The position numbers and the translations under genes are program-made. Source: Octopus bimaculoides (lineage: Eukaryota). From it: a stretch of 37,406 nt of DNA. This document shows, in pieces, positions 1-10,094 of this stretch (position 1 is its first letter; every line of letters begins with the position of its first letter). A model generated the notes under the pieces. The model searched no databases. It saw only the letters and a list, made by a program, of their open reading frames with translations, and was not told the origin of the DNA. The stretch is from positions 66,076,508 to 66,113,913 of the forward strand of contig NC_068992.1 in the NCBI RefSeq assembly GCF_001194135.2. The letters are read 5' to 3'.

Positions 1-49
<49 letters not shown>
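1..49 (+). repeat. (AG)n microsatellite
   Basis: Pure AG dinucleotide run at the window start. Confidence 0.98.
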
Positions 50-51
<2 letters not shown>

Positions 52-161
52 AAATCCAAAATAAACCGTAGATCTGACATTCAGGGTTGGTTGCAGGTGT
101 GGCGTAGATATCAAAAGAAAAACATAAATGGGATTTAAAATTCCCTACAGTTGTTTCAGTG

Positions 162-218
162 GCATTATATTGATGCATTATATTGATGCCTTATATTGAT
201 GCATTATATTAATGCATT
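162..218 (+). repeat. 13-bp tandem repeat (GCATTATATTGAT, 4+ copies)
   Basis: Units start at 162, 175, 188, 201 and 214 (partial). They lie inside stem II of the minus-strand hammerhead-like copy. Confidence 0.9.
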
Positions 219-312
219 CGTAGATTACATCATAGCATAAACCCATCATCATGTCAGTTGTGGAGTAGTCATCATCAATGTGTTACCTTGATTGCTTATA
301 CACATTTAAAAT

Positions 313-393
313 TTTACCTGAGGATGGTGGGTTTATGTTATGATGTAATTTATTAATACATCAATAAAATGCTACCGGAACAGCTGCAGTAAA
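313..393 (+). ncRNA. Degenerate type I hammerhead ribozyme motif (probably inactive)
   Basis: TTTAC(313-317)-CTGAGGA-T-GGT...ACC-GGAAC-AGCT-GCA-GTAAA(389-393). Stem I has 5 perfect pairs and stem II is long. The core carries two substitutions (GAAA to GGAA; GUA to GCA). Confidence 0.6.
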
Positions 394-859
394 TGTTAAA
401 CTTCATTTGTGTTCTTCTTTATATATTTTTTATGTTTGGGGTGTGTGTATGTATATATGTATATGTATATGTATGTGCATGTATATATTTTTCACTCGTA
501 ATATTTTTCAGTCGTTTTGATCTATTTATTTATTAATTTTATTAATTTTTTTATTTATACCGAAGGGAAACTACTCTGTCTTACTTGAAGGAAGCCATTG
601 AAGACATTTGTAAGTGAAATAATTTCTTTTCTTTTCGTTTGAAATCATGTTATTAACTTTGAATTATTGTATTGATTACGTTTTAGTGGATAATATATTG
701 GTTTTTAATTCTTTAATCTTTTAATTAGCTAACTCTATTATTCTTAGTGGTTAATAGTTTTTTTGTTTGCTTTTTTTCATTAACGTATCTGTAGGTTGAT
801 TGTGTGCCGCAAGTGTGTGCCGCAGGTGCGAACCATGTTTCGTTGGAGCTTACAATTTT

Positions 860-1480
860 CTGTTCTGCTGACAATAATCTTCACGGTCTGTTGTCAATGT
901 CTACGAGTGCTGTTTTCTCTGAGCTCTACACATTTCTGTTCTGTGGTTTTGATTGAGGTATTTGCAGGGGGGGTTTGTTGGTGGTGGGGGGTATCATTTC
1001 CAGAACACTTATGATAGTAAGTACTGTGTTCCACTTATAAATCACACATTCTAGTTCTCTCCGTTACCAAATCCTTAAATTTCGACAATGCCTCCATTTC
1101 TTTACACCAGATATATAACCATTTATTGGAACTCATACTTCCATTAAGAGGTGCTTCCTTTCCTACTGAACTTTGACAACAATATCCGACCGACTATTAT
1201 GATCTTTATCGATCTCCCTCGCGATCAATTTAGCCTACCATTTTTGAGGCTCATTTTTAACGTTTTTATAATTTTTTTGTTGTTCTTTTCTGCTCGTTTA
1301 TGGCGTTCTCGATCGATATTCCTTCTTCAAGTCGTATGAACCTTTGCAACTTATCTTCTACTCTTCTGGAATTAGTTATTTTCTCCAGATGTTTCTTTAT
1401 TGTCTACAATATTATCGCAGTTAAAGTTTTATATGATTCATGAGGGTAGGTTAAGGGTCTGCAGATTTTAGGAATTTCTT
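860..1480 (-). mobile_element. Degenerate RLE-type (R4/Dong-like) non-LTR retrotransposon 3' region
   Basis: Minus-strand translation across stops and frameshifts gives RSDIVVKVQ*ERKHLLMEV*VP...KEMEALSKFKDLVTERTRMCDL...TVLTIISVLEMI...KTALV. This matches the restriction-like endonuclease pattern RPDIVV...DVxVP...KExEKxxKYxDL...TIPIIIGALG. The core is about 960-1230; the outer boundaries are uncertain. Confidence 0.7.
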
Positions 1481-2160
1481 TTCACTCCTGCTGATTAAGA
1501 TTTCTTTTGGTTTTCTCTCAGTAAAACTTTTTGAGTTATAGCAATATTTTACTTAAACAATCTCTGCTGCCTCCTCATGCGTCAACGTTGAATGTTTTAA
1601 TCACAAATTTGAACGTTTGTCTTGTTCTGGTGTCTTCTAGTCATTTGCTTTTTGTGATGTCGATGTTCTTGAGTTGTTAAGGCCTCCCACGATTGTTCAG
1701 ATTCTGTGTTAGTTGTTTGCAACAATCAGGTCATGATCATTCTTCTGCTGTCCATTCCCCTCCCTAGAAGAGCTCAACTCTTCATTCTGTTGGCGCTACA
1801 TTTTCGTCTCTATTACTGTTTTTACCTAGATTTTGCTAAATTTAAGAACAGACTCGAATTGTTTTTGTCCAAACTTGGCTGTCACAGACTTAATGAAAAC
1901 AAACATGAACATCAATATCACCAGGATAAACGAAATAATATTTGCAGTAGTCGTGACAGAAAAAGAAACTGGTTTTTCCTTCAGATCTATATATGTAAGA
2001 ATATCAAAACCAGAGCATCAACATAGAAAAAAAAAAGAAAATATTGAATTCGTAGCGAAATCAATAAGGAAAGAAAAGAGTAAAAAAGAAGACACAAATA
2101 CTACGGAATTAGAACAAAAGAAAAAGAAAAAGAAAAACCGTAACATTTGTTTTGGTCTTC

Positions 2161-2265
2161 TGCGTTCCGATTTCAGCTTTGCCGTTCATTTCACCTGGGT
2201 CAATAAAATTAAGGATCAGTCCGGTACTGAGATCCATGGTATCGACAGACTTGATCCCCCTCAAA
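2161..2265 (+). mobile_element. SINE family C fragment (degenerate)
   Basis: Similar to the central part of the family C copies at 17382-17537 and 22253-22492 (..gggtcaataaaattaag..tactgagatccatggtatcgac..). Confidence 0.5.
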
Positions 2266-2271
2266 CCATTG

Positions 2272-2370
2272 ACTTTATATATATATATGCTAGTACTTTA
2301 TATATATATATATGCTAGTACTTTATATATATATATATGCTAGTACTTTATATATATATATATGCTAGTA
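2272..2370 (+). repeat. 25-bp minisatellite (TAGTACTTTATATATATATATATGC), about 4 copies
   Basis: Exact 25-nt units start at 2291, 2316 and 2341, with partial units on both sides. Confidence 0.92.
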
Positions 2371-2623
2371 CCTCACTGGCAACTACCAAGCCATGTATTA
2401 ATCTATCCACATGGCCTTCACTAAATTTTAGCAATCATCGCATCATCACCGACACTAGCATCACTATCATAACCATCACCATCACCATCACCATCATCAA
2501 CGTCAGCAGCATAACGTTACCCATACAGGAATAACAAGCATTGTAGACATACACAATCACATAATTACGTGGATGCACTCACCAACTAAACAATCTCTCT
2601 CTCACTCTCTCTCTCTCTCCATG

Positions 2624-2667
<44 letters not shown>

Positions 2668-4022
2668 GTCTGCTGTTTATTTATAAGACGCTGATCATTT
2701 TTTGTCCTTTCAGGCTTCTGTGTGTGTGTGTGTGTGGATAGAGAGAGGGAGAGTTAGAAAGATAAAGAGATAGATATACATGTACATATACACACACACA
2801 CACACATGTATATGTGCATGTATAAATGATTCTGTATACATATATAAATAAATACGTGTTTACATATATACATGAATATACAAGCATGCACACAGACAAA
2901 CATGTATGTGCAGAACGTCTACATGGAATGCAGTCTGTAGGCTGACTGATAGATAAAACCATTACACAGATACAAATCAAAGAAAATGGAGAAAAAGAAA
3001 GGAAAATAAAGGAAAAACGATAAAAGGAAGATAAAAAAAACTGTACATCGTAGATTGTAGCAACGAGTGTTTTGTTTTTTTTCTTTTTATATTGAAGTTT
3101 GTGAGAGTAGTTTTTTCATCAGCCTCCGGACAAAATGGATGTTAGTTGTATGCTGTATTGTAATGTTAAAAAAGAGAGAGTATCTAATCAATGTTGTCGA
3201 CAAAATCAAGGTCATTTATCTATCGCAGGTTTTTACAGGCGAGAAAATACGAATTATTTATTCCTTTCTATTTTAGCAATAGACTAAAAGCGAAAGTTTA
3301 TATTTTAGTTTTCCGTCATTTGTTTCTTTGTTGGTTTTGTTTCATTTTCCGAGTTTTATTCCGTCATTTTCATGGGATTTTTTTTATTATTTACTCGCTG
3401 CTAAAGGACGTATATTTGAAGTTTGAAGTAAATTTTATATTAACTGACTTTCGTTTCTACATGGAGTCAACATATTTCTTTTACATCGCAAATATTGGTA
3501 ATAATGCATGAACGTCACACGTTCGTATTAACTTAAATTTCTGACAATGTAAAAAAGATAAATCAACGTTCGTTTCGATTATTTAATGCAACAGAATGTC
3601 ACCAAACATGGCTGCGGATGAACAGGTATGAAAACAGAGGCAGAATTAGCGAAAGGTGGTACGATAGAAGTTGGTTTAGCAATGGCACTTGGCCGGATGT
3701 AGCTTTAAAATAACATTAATTTTGTGAAAAGGGTTTGTTTTTTTTAATATAAGGGCTTTTGTTCTGGTTCTTAGCCCCAGGATAACGATTTTAGTTCGCT
3801 TTCCCTTCCCGTTCAGATGAACGGGGCAGGGACGTTGAAACCGGTTTCAAGTTATCCCAGGATGGAAACTAGGTTCTTTCTACCACTACTAATATTACAA
3901 CTACTACGACTACTGCTACTGCGACTACTAACCACTACTATCAACACTACCACCACTACCACTACACACTACTACTAATACGAAAACCTCAGAACTTCAT
4001 CGCATTTTATCCCTGCCATATA

Positions 4023-4047
4023 AGTAGTAGTAGTAGTGGTAGTAGTG

Positions 4048-4100
<53 letters not shown>
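4023..4100 (+). repeat. (TAG)n microsatellite
   Basis: Near-pure AGT/TAG run with a few TGG variants. Confidence 0.95.
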
Positions 4101-4101
<1 letters not shown>

Positions 4102-4107
4102 TTCACC

Positions 4108-4238
4108 CGACGGGCTTCTCTATAGTTTCCATTTACCCAATTTCACTTAGACGGTACAAGTCAACCGGAGTCTGTAGAAAATCACATCTGCCCAAGATGT
4201 CACGCAATGAGATCGAACTCAGGGTCTTGTGGTTCGCA
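4108..4238 (-). mobile_element. SINE family A, 5' half (degenerate)
   Basis: Reverse complement resembles 7285-7445 (cgacgggcttct..agtttcc..ttcac..cccaagatgtcacgca..tgtggtt). Confidence 0.65.
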
Positions 4239-4612
4239 TATATATGCATAAATATACGTATGCATTTATACAACTTACCTAGAGCAGTTAGAAGAATTGG
4301 CATCATACAAAAATGGTCCGCCAAGACATACATTACGGAAACATAGAATCTTGTGCTGTCCAAAAACAAATAAAAACAACCAAAACAAAACATACAATTT
4401 TGATCACGTGACTCCATATGTTATGGGGAGAAGGCAAACATGTCACTATGGCAACAAGCTTTATTAAGTCTGATGAAAAATCTTAATTAATTCTTTACAA
4501 GAATTAATGTATCTCTTGACAAAACATGATTTACATATACCGACGTAGCGTTCTCTTTCTCTTTTTCTACATACATACATACATACATACATACATGCAT
4601 ACATACATACAC

Positions 4613-4897
4613 ATTAGCTGCCCAGCGGATGTTAACATAAAACTGAAGATCAGTGAAAAAGAAGTCATCTATGCTGAACTATTGAGAAATCTGCAGTTAC
4701 TCTTTCCAGATTACAAGTTCATATTTATATCTGTAATTATTTGGGCCCTGGGATATGTAACACACTGTCTAAATACCAATCTTGAGAAATTAGACTTCTC
4801 AAAACCAGAAAGGAGAAAGCTAATTCGAAGACTACAGATCCAATCCATCAGTGGAACTGTAAAAATATGCAAGACTTTCCAGAAGTTTATCATTTGA
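4613..4897 (+). mobile_element. 5'-truncated RLE-type (R2-superfamily) LINE 3' end, endonuclease C-terminus, flanked by (TACA)n on both sides
   Basis: Open frame ISCPADVNIKLKISEKEVIYAELLRNLQLLFPDYKFIFISVIIWALGYVTHCL...LIRRLQIQSISGTVKICKTFQKFII* fits the RLE C-terminal pattern (E/DxSxP...KxxEKxxxY...PVIIGALG...GTxKI). (TACA)n lies at 4568-4612 and from about 4899. Confidence 0.8.
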
Positions 4898-4898
4898 A

Positions 4899-5300
4899 TA
4901 CATACATACATACATACATACATCTACATACATACATACATACATACATACATACATACATACATACATACATACANNNNNNNNNNNNNNNNNNNNNNNN
5001 NNNNNNNNNNNNNNNNNNNNNNNNNNNNNNNNNNNNNNNNNNNNNNNNNNNNNNNNNNNNNNNNNNNNNNNNNNNNNNNNNNNNNNNNNNNNNNNNNNNA
5101 TACATACATATATACATACATACATACATACATACATAAATACATACATATATACATACATATATACATACATGCATACATACATACACACATACATACA
5201 TACATACATACATACATGCATACATATATACATACATACACACATACATACATACATACATACATACATACATACATACATACATACATACATACATACA
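4899..5300 (+). repeat. (TACA)n microsatellite array spanning an N gap
   Basis: Tetranucleotide run on both sides of the gap at 4977-5099. Confidence 0.95.
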
Positions 5301-5693
5301 TGGTTTACAGTATCATTATAGGCAGGATCAACAACTAGAGAGAGACAAATATCATTTATCAATGATATATCAATTACAAAAGAGCTATTAATAATTTCAT
5401 ACTTTAAGACACAATGAATTGGCAGATTTACTTCTGCCTTTGTAGCACGTAAAGAAAACGGTGTTGTAGAAAACGGTGTTGTAGGAATGTACGCAGCACG
5501 TGGACTACAACAGTCCTATGCGTAGCTTGAATACTGAGATTGAAAAGCAGGGGCGAATTATGCCCTACCTAATCTACAAAAAAATAAAACATTCTGCATT
5601 TTATGCATAGTAATCAGAGTAACCTTCGTAATTTTATTGAGTTAGGTCCATATTTTGCCATGAGAGGAAAACGTTGCTATCGATCTGTTTCAT

Positions 5694-6027
5694 ACCTAGG
5701 TAGGCATTGCATCGGGCTCATAATCATGAGGTATTGAGTTCGATTCCCGGACCGGGTTGTGTGTTGTGTTATTGAGCAAGGCACTTGATTTCATGTTGCT
5801 CCAGTTCACTCAGCTGTAGAAATGAGTTGCGACGTCACTAGTGCCAAGCTGTATCGGCCCCTTTGCCTTTCCCTTGGGATAACATCGGTGGCATGGAGAG
5901 GGGAGACTGATATGCATGGGTGACTGCTGGTCTTCAATAGACAATCTTGCCTGGACTTGTACCTCGGAGGGGAACTTTCTAGGTGCAATCCCACAGTCAT
6001 TCATGACCGAAGGGGCATTTACCCCTA
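5694..6027 (+). mobile_element. SINE family B (tRNA-derived head, conserved central domain, long 3' tail)
   Basis: B-box-like GTTCGATTCC at 5738-5747. The central domain gtgttgtgttattgagcaaggcact..ttcatgttgctccagttcactcagctg..aatgagt is shared with 14948, 24660 and 36404. It ends in a (TA)n(TATG)n tail. Confidence 0.8.
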
Positions 6028-6033
6028 TGGATA

Positions 6034-6069
<36 letters not shown>

Positions 6070-6833
6070 TGTATGTATGTATGTATGTATGTATGTATAG
6101 ACGTACGCATGTATGTACATGTGTTTGTATATGTCTGTGCTAGCACTTTGTTGCGAATACAAGCGTATGTATATGTGTGAGTGTGTATGCATATATGTGT
6201 GCGTGTGCGTATGTATATGTGTGTGTGCGTATGTATATGTGTGTGTGTGTGTACATGTATGGGGGCCATTATCTGTTTTCCCTCCAACTTGGTGTTTGAA
6301 GCTGGGAAGTCTGCTGACGTTATTGTCAATGCGGCTCTCCTGTACGCTACAGTACAGTGGAGTACAGTACTCGCTTCTGTTCTACTGTACTGCAGCAAAC
6401 GTATAACTTGCAAATCGAATATCGATTACCAGATGCCGGTAGCTACTTACGGCCAAACATTTAGATATCTTCACTGACGACAACAACGAGCAAGCAGTGG
6501 GGGGGAGGTGCAGTATTTGTGGCTACAACAGTCACACCCACACACAGTAGCATATACATGCTCACACACAACACACACTGACACACATACACACTACCAT
6601 ACACATATTATCATACACACACACAGACATACATATAGTATCGTACAATCACATACTATCAAAGATATGCGCGCGCACACATACATACGCACAAATGCAC
6701 ACTCTCTTTCTCTCTCGCACACACACACGCCCTCTCTCTCTCTCTCTCTTTCTCTTTTGCACACACACGTCCTCTCTCCCTCTCTCTCTTTCCCCCTCTC
6801 CCTCACTCCCTCTCTCTCTCTCTTTCACACACA

Positions 6834-6863
<30 letters not shown>

Positions 6864-6868
<5 letters not shown>

Positions 6869-6996
6869 CAATTGATATCTCAATATGAACCACCTCCCCC
6901 CATTATTTCCATAATGTCCCCAGCTAAGTCTTTAGAATTGCTCTCTTCTCTCTTTTTCATTAGAATTAACTTTTAAACACCTAACCAAAACTACCG

Positions 6997-7035
<39 letters not shown>

Positions 7036-7166
7036 CGACAATTGATATCTCAATATGAACCACCTCCCCCCATTATTTCCATAATGTCCCCAGCTAAGTC
7101 TTTAGAATTGCTCTCTTCTCTCTTTTTCATTAGAATTAACTTTTAAACACCTAACCAAAACTACCG

Positions 7167-7210
<44 letters not shown>
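6864..7210 (+). repeat. Identical 170-bp-period tandem duplication bounded by (CA)n
   Basis: 6871-7000 is identical to 7041-7170, and each unit is followed by a (CA)n tract. Confidence 0.95.
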
Positions 7211-7212
<2 letters not shown>

Positions 7213-7284
7213 ACATACAGATGCATATACATAAACAGAGACACGTACACACATATGTATGTATGTATGTGTGTACGTGTGTAT

Positions 7285-7445
7285 GCGCAGGTATGGCTGT
7301 GTGGTAAGAAGCTTGCTTCCCAACCACATGGTTCCGTGTTCAGTTCCCCTGCGTGGACCCAACGGTGAGTGTCTTCTGCTACCGCCCCGGGCCGCCAAAA
7401 GACTTATGAGTAGATTTGATGGACGATAGTTGAAAGAAGCCCGTC
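7285..7445 (+). mobile_element. SINE family A, 5' half
   Basis: A-box-like TGGCTGTGTGG, B-box-like GTTCAGTTCCC, and gaaagaagcccgtc followed by (TG)n. Homologous to 32911-33315. Confidence 0.8.
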
Positions 7446-7952
7446 ATGTGTGTGTGTATGTGAGTGTGTGTGAGTGTGTGTGTGCGTGTGTGTGCGTATG
7501 TGCTGTGCCTTCTAGGCAGTAACTTGTGCATACATATATATATAAATATAAATATAAATATATNNNNNNNNNNNNNNNNNNNNNNNNNNNNNNNNNNNNN
7601 NNNNNNNNNNNNNNNNNNNNNNNNATATATGTATATATAAATAGAGAGAGAGAGGTGAGAGTGGACATATTAGTTAATTAGATAATTCGTATTCGGTGTC
7701 TGAATGCTAAAACGAGTTGGTCATCAACGACAGGATAAAGTAACCGATAGAAAAGAGGCAAAGAAAACGCAATCTGCAAGCGGAAGAGAATAAACCTGCC
7801 GGGCTGGCCTAAGGTGGAATGTGTCACATTGACCATTGTTGTTCTCTAAATTTCAGGTTTGTTTCTTTGTCAGAGACCAACTGCTCCCTTCTATGGAAGA
7901 ATTTCAAGAAATAAATGAAAGAGATTGCACATCCTTCCAGCCATCCCTCCAT

Positions 7953-8125
7953 AAGCTAATTCGAAGACTACAGATGGAATCCATCACTGGAACTGTAAAA
8001 ATCTGTAAAACTTTCCAGAAGTTTATCATTTGAACATATATGAGCATGTCTAGATATGCAACGATATGCATGAGAAGACATAAAATAAAACATACAAATC
8101 TCTACATACATACATACATACATAC
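7953..8125 (+). mobile_element. Second 3'-end copy of the same RLE LINE, with 3' UTR and (TACA)n tail
   Basis: 7953-8034 is about 93% identical (6 differences in about 82 nt) to the end of 4613-4897 (KLIRRLQMESITGTVKICKTFQKFII*). It is followed by about 70 nt of unique sequence and then (TACA)n at 8103-8125. Confidence 0.8.
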
Positions 8126-8134
8126 CCAGTTTTG

Positions 8135-8400
8135 ATGGTGCTGATAGTGGTGGTGATGGTGGTGATGCTGGTGGTGGTAGTGGTGGATGTTGTGGTTGGT
8201 GGCGGTGGATGGCGGCGATTGTGCTGCTGCTTGTGCTGGAGTTGATGTTGTTAGGAAGAAATTAATTAAAACCAAATGGTCAATATCGATTAGAGCTGAC
8301 TGATGGGATGGTGGTGGCGATGGCGACCGGTAGTCGTGGTAGTGGTGGTGGTGGTTTTGGCGGTAGTAGTAGTAGTAGTAGTAGTAGTAGCAGTAGTAGC

Positions 8401-8449
<49 letters not shown>

Positions 8450-8537
8450 ATTGTGGTGGCATCGGCGGTGGCGGTCGCGTTGATGGTGAAATGAGACAAT
8501 ACTTGATGAAATATTAATAAAAATAAAACTGAACAGC

Positions 8538-8571
<34 letters not shown>

Positions 8572-8700
8572 TCATAGCGTTTGGGTTATTGATGCTTAAT
8601 GTCCTGCTATCTATCTAGAGAGCAATGGTATGGGTGAGTGGATGGGTGGATGGGTGGATGGGTGGATGGGTGGTGGTGGTGGTGGTGGTGGTGGTGGTTT
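8135..8700 (+). repeat. Compound microsatellite block: (TGG)n, (TAG)n, (CAA)n, (GGAT)n, (GGT)n
   Basis: Visible directly. It produces the poly-Y/L/T/V/S ORFs in the track. Confidence 0.9.
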
Positions 8701-8768
8701 TGACGATAATGTTTGTGTGGGTGGTCGTGAAGGTTAATATTACGAAATACATACGTACATACATACAT

Positions 8769-8799
<31 letters not shown>

Positions 8800-9910
8800 C
8801 ACTCGCACATACACGTACACACGTACGCGCATACACACATACGCACACATTCCTACACGCCCAAGTACAAGTACAATCACTCATACACATACGGAGAGGC
8901 GCACATTTCAATACACACGCTTATGTCCGTACACATACACACACACTAACAGATACATGCCACATTTACACATATACATACACATACAAACTGATAATGC
9001 ACATTTTCATATACATACACACACGCACGCACTACACACACTAACAGATACACACATTCATACACGCACAGACACATGCACAAACTAATAGATAAATACA
9101 TATATATATATATATTGATATCCATATACATGCCCACACGCACACGTGCACACACACAGAGCGAGAGAGAGCTGACAATGTCTAATGGTGATATCATGAC
9201 CTCCACGCCATTGGTGAGGTCAGCTGTACTTTCATTGCCAAATATTCACAGTTTATCCAATAACCTAACATCGCAGAGGACAAACCACATAATCTTCTTA
9301 GTTTCGGGGTTTCCGGTTTGATGGCGTCTCCTGCGTGAATAGATGATTGCTTTGTAGTTGAGGGCGGGAAACCATATGTAATGTGGTGAGCCAAAAATAT
9401 AAAAACGCATGGTCACTACCTCCACCACCACCACCACCACTACCAATGCCACGTTACTGCCACCATCACCACACTCATGCAACGGTATTGAGTAGAAACC
9501 TCTTTAGCGACCATGACAAATGTTGTCAGGTGAGACAGGAACAAGGGAGAGAACTCCGAAATCTAAATTGATTAAAATTTAAATGATGCGTGTAAATGTT
9601 GTGGAGTTAAGGGGGATAAATCCCATAGGTTTCGGCTTTATTACACCTCATCAGCGTGCGTGTGCATATGTGTGTGTATGTGTGTGTATGTCTGTGTGCG
9701 TGTGTGTGGGTGTCTGTGCCTGTGTCTGTGTGTCAATGTGTGTGTGTGTGCCCTTGCTCCCCATCGGTTACGACAAGTATTTCACTTGATCCAATTAGCG
9801 TGAAATGAACGCTGCAAATTCTCCTTTAATATATATATAGATTAAATAAAATGGGACAACAAAGCCAATGCAGTGTGAAATTTCTAGGACATTTTATAAA
9901 CAGAATGGTA

Positions 9911-9951
9911 GTCTTACAGCTGTTTCGGGGATATAAAATATATCCTATCAT
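9911..9951 (-). ncRNA. 5'-degenerate or truncated hammerhead motif (inverted partner of 10047-10094)
   Basis: Minus strand reads ATGATA-GGATATA-TTTT-ATATCCCC-GAAAC-AGCT-GTA-AGAC. The 3' core is intact but CTGATGA is lost. Confidence 0.6.
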
Positions 9952-10046
9952 AAAATATATCGCATAGAAGGAAATAGTAGAGTTCGATATAAGAAGTTAT
10001 TTTGGAAAGGGGGAGTACTTTTCCTTCTATTTAACTCTCTCGTCTC

Positions 10047-10094
10047 GTCTCTGATGATGGGATATCTTTTATATCCCTGAAACAGCTGTAAGGC
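10047..10094 (+). ncRNA. Minimal type I hammerhead ribozyme, Penelope-type with palindromic stem III
   Basis: GTCT(10047-50)-CTGATGA(10051-57)-T-GGGATAT/ATATCCC stem II-T-GAAAC(10079-83)-AGCT-GTA(10088-90)-AGGC(10091-94). The core is intact, ACAGCTGT is palindromic, the cleavage triplet is GUA, and stem I has 4 pairs including one G-U. Confidence 0.78.

Larger units (their letters stand above)
114..420. mobile_element. Inverted-repeat element with two divergent, degenerate hammerhead motifs (Penelope-like pLTR remnant)
   Basis: Reverse complement of 114-175 aligns to 359-420 (14 differences in 62 nt). Reverse complement of 222-250 aligns to 323-351 (3 differences in 29 nt). Both arms contain hammerhead-like cores. 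Confidence 0.7.

Noticed and set aside
1833-2318. 161-aa + strand ORF
   Set aside because: It consists of lysine-rich A-tracts, a SINE fragment and a minisatellite, with no recognisable domain.
2272-7210. Repeat-spacer-like look of the 25-bp array and the 170-bp duplication (CRISPR?)
   Set aside because: There are no unique spacers, no cas genes, and the context is eukaryotic.
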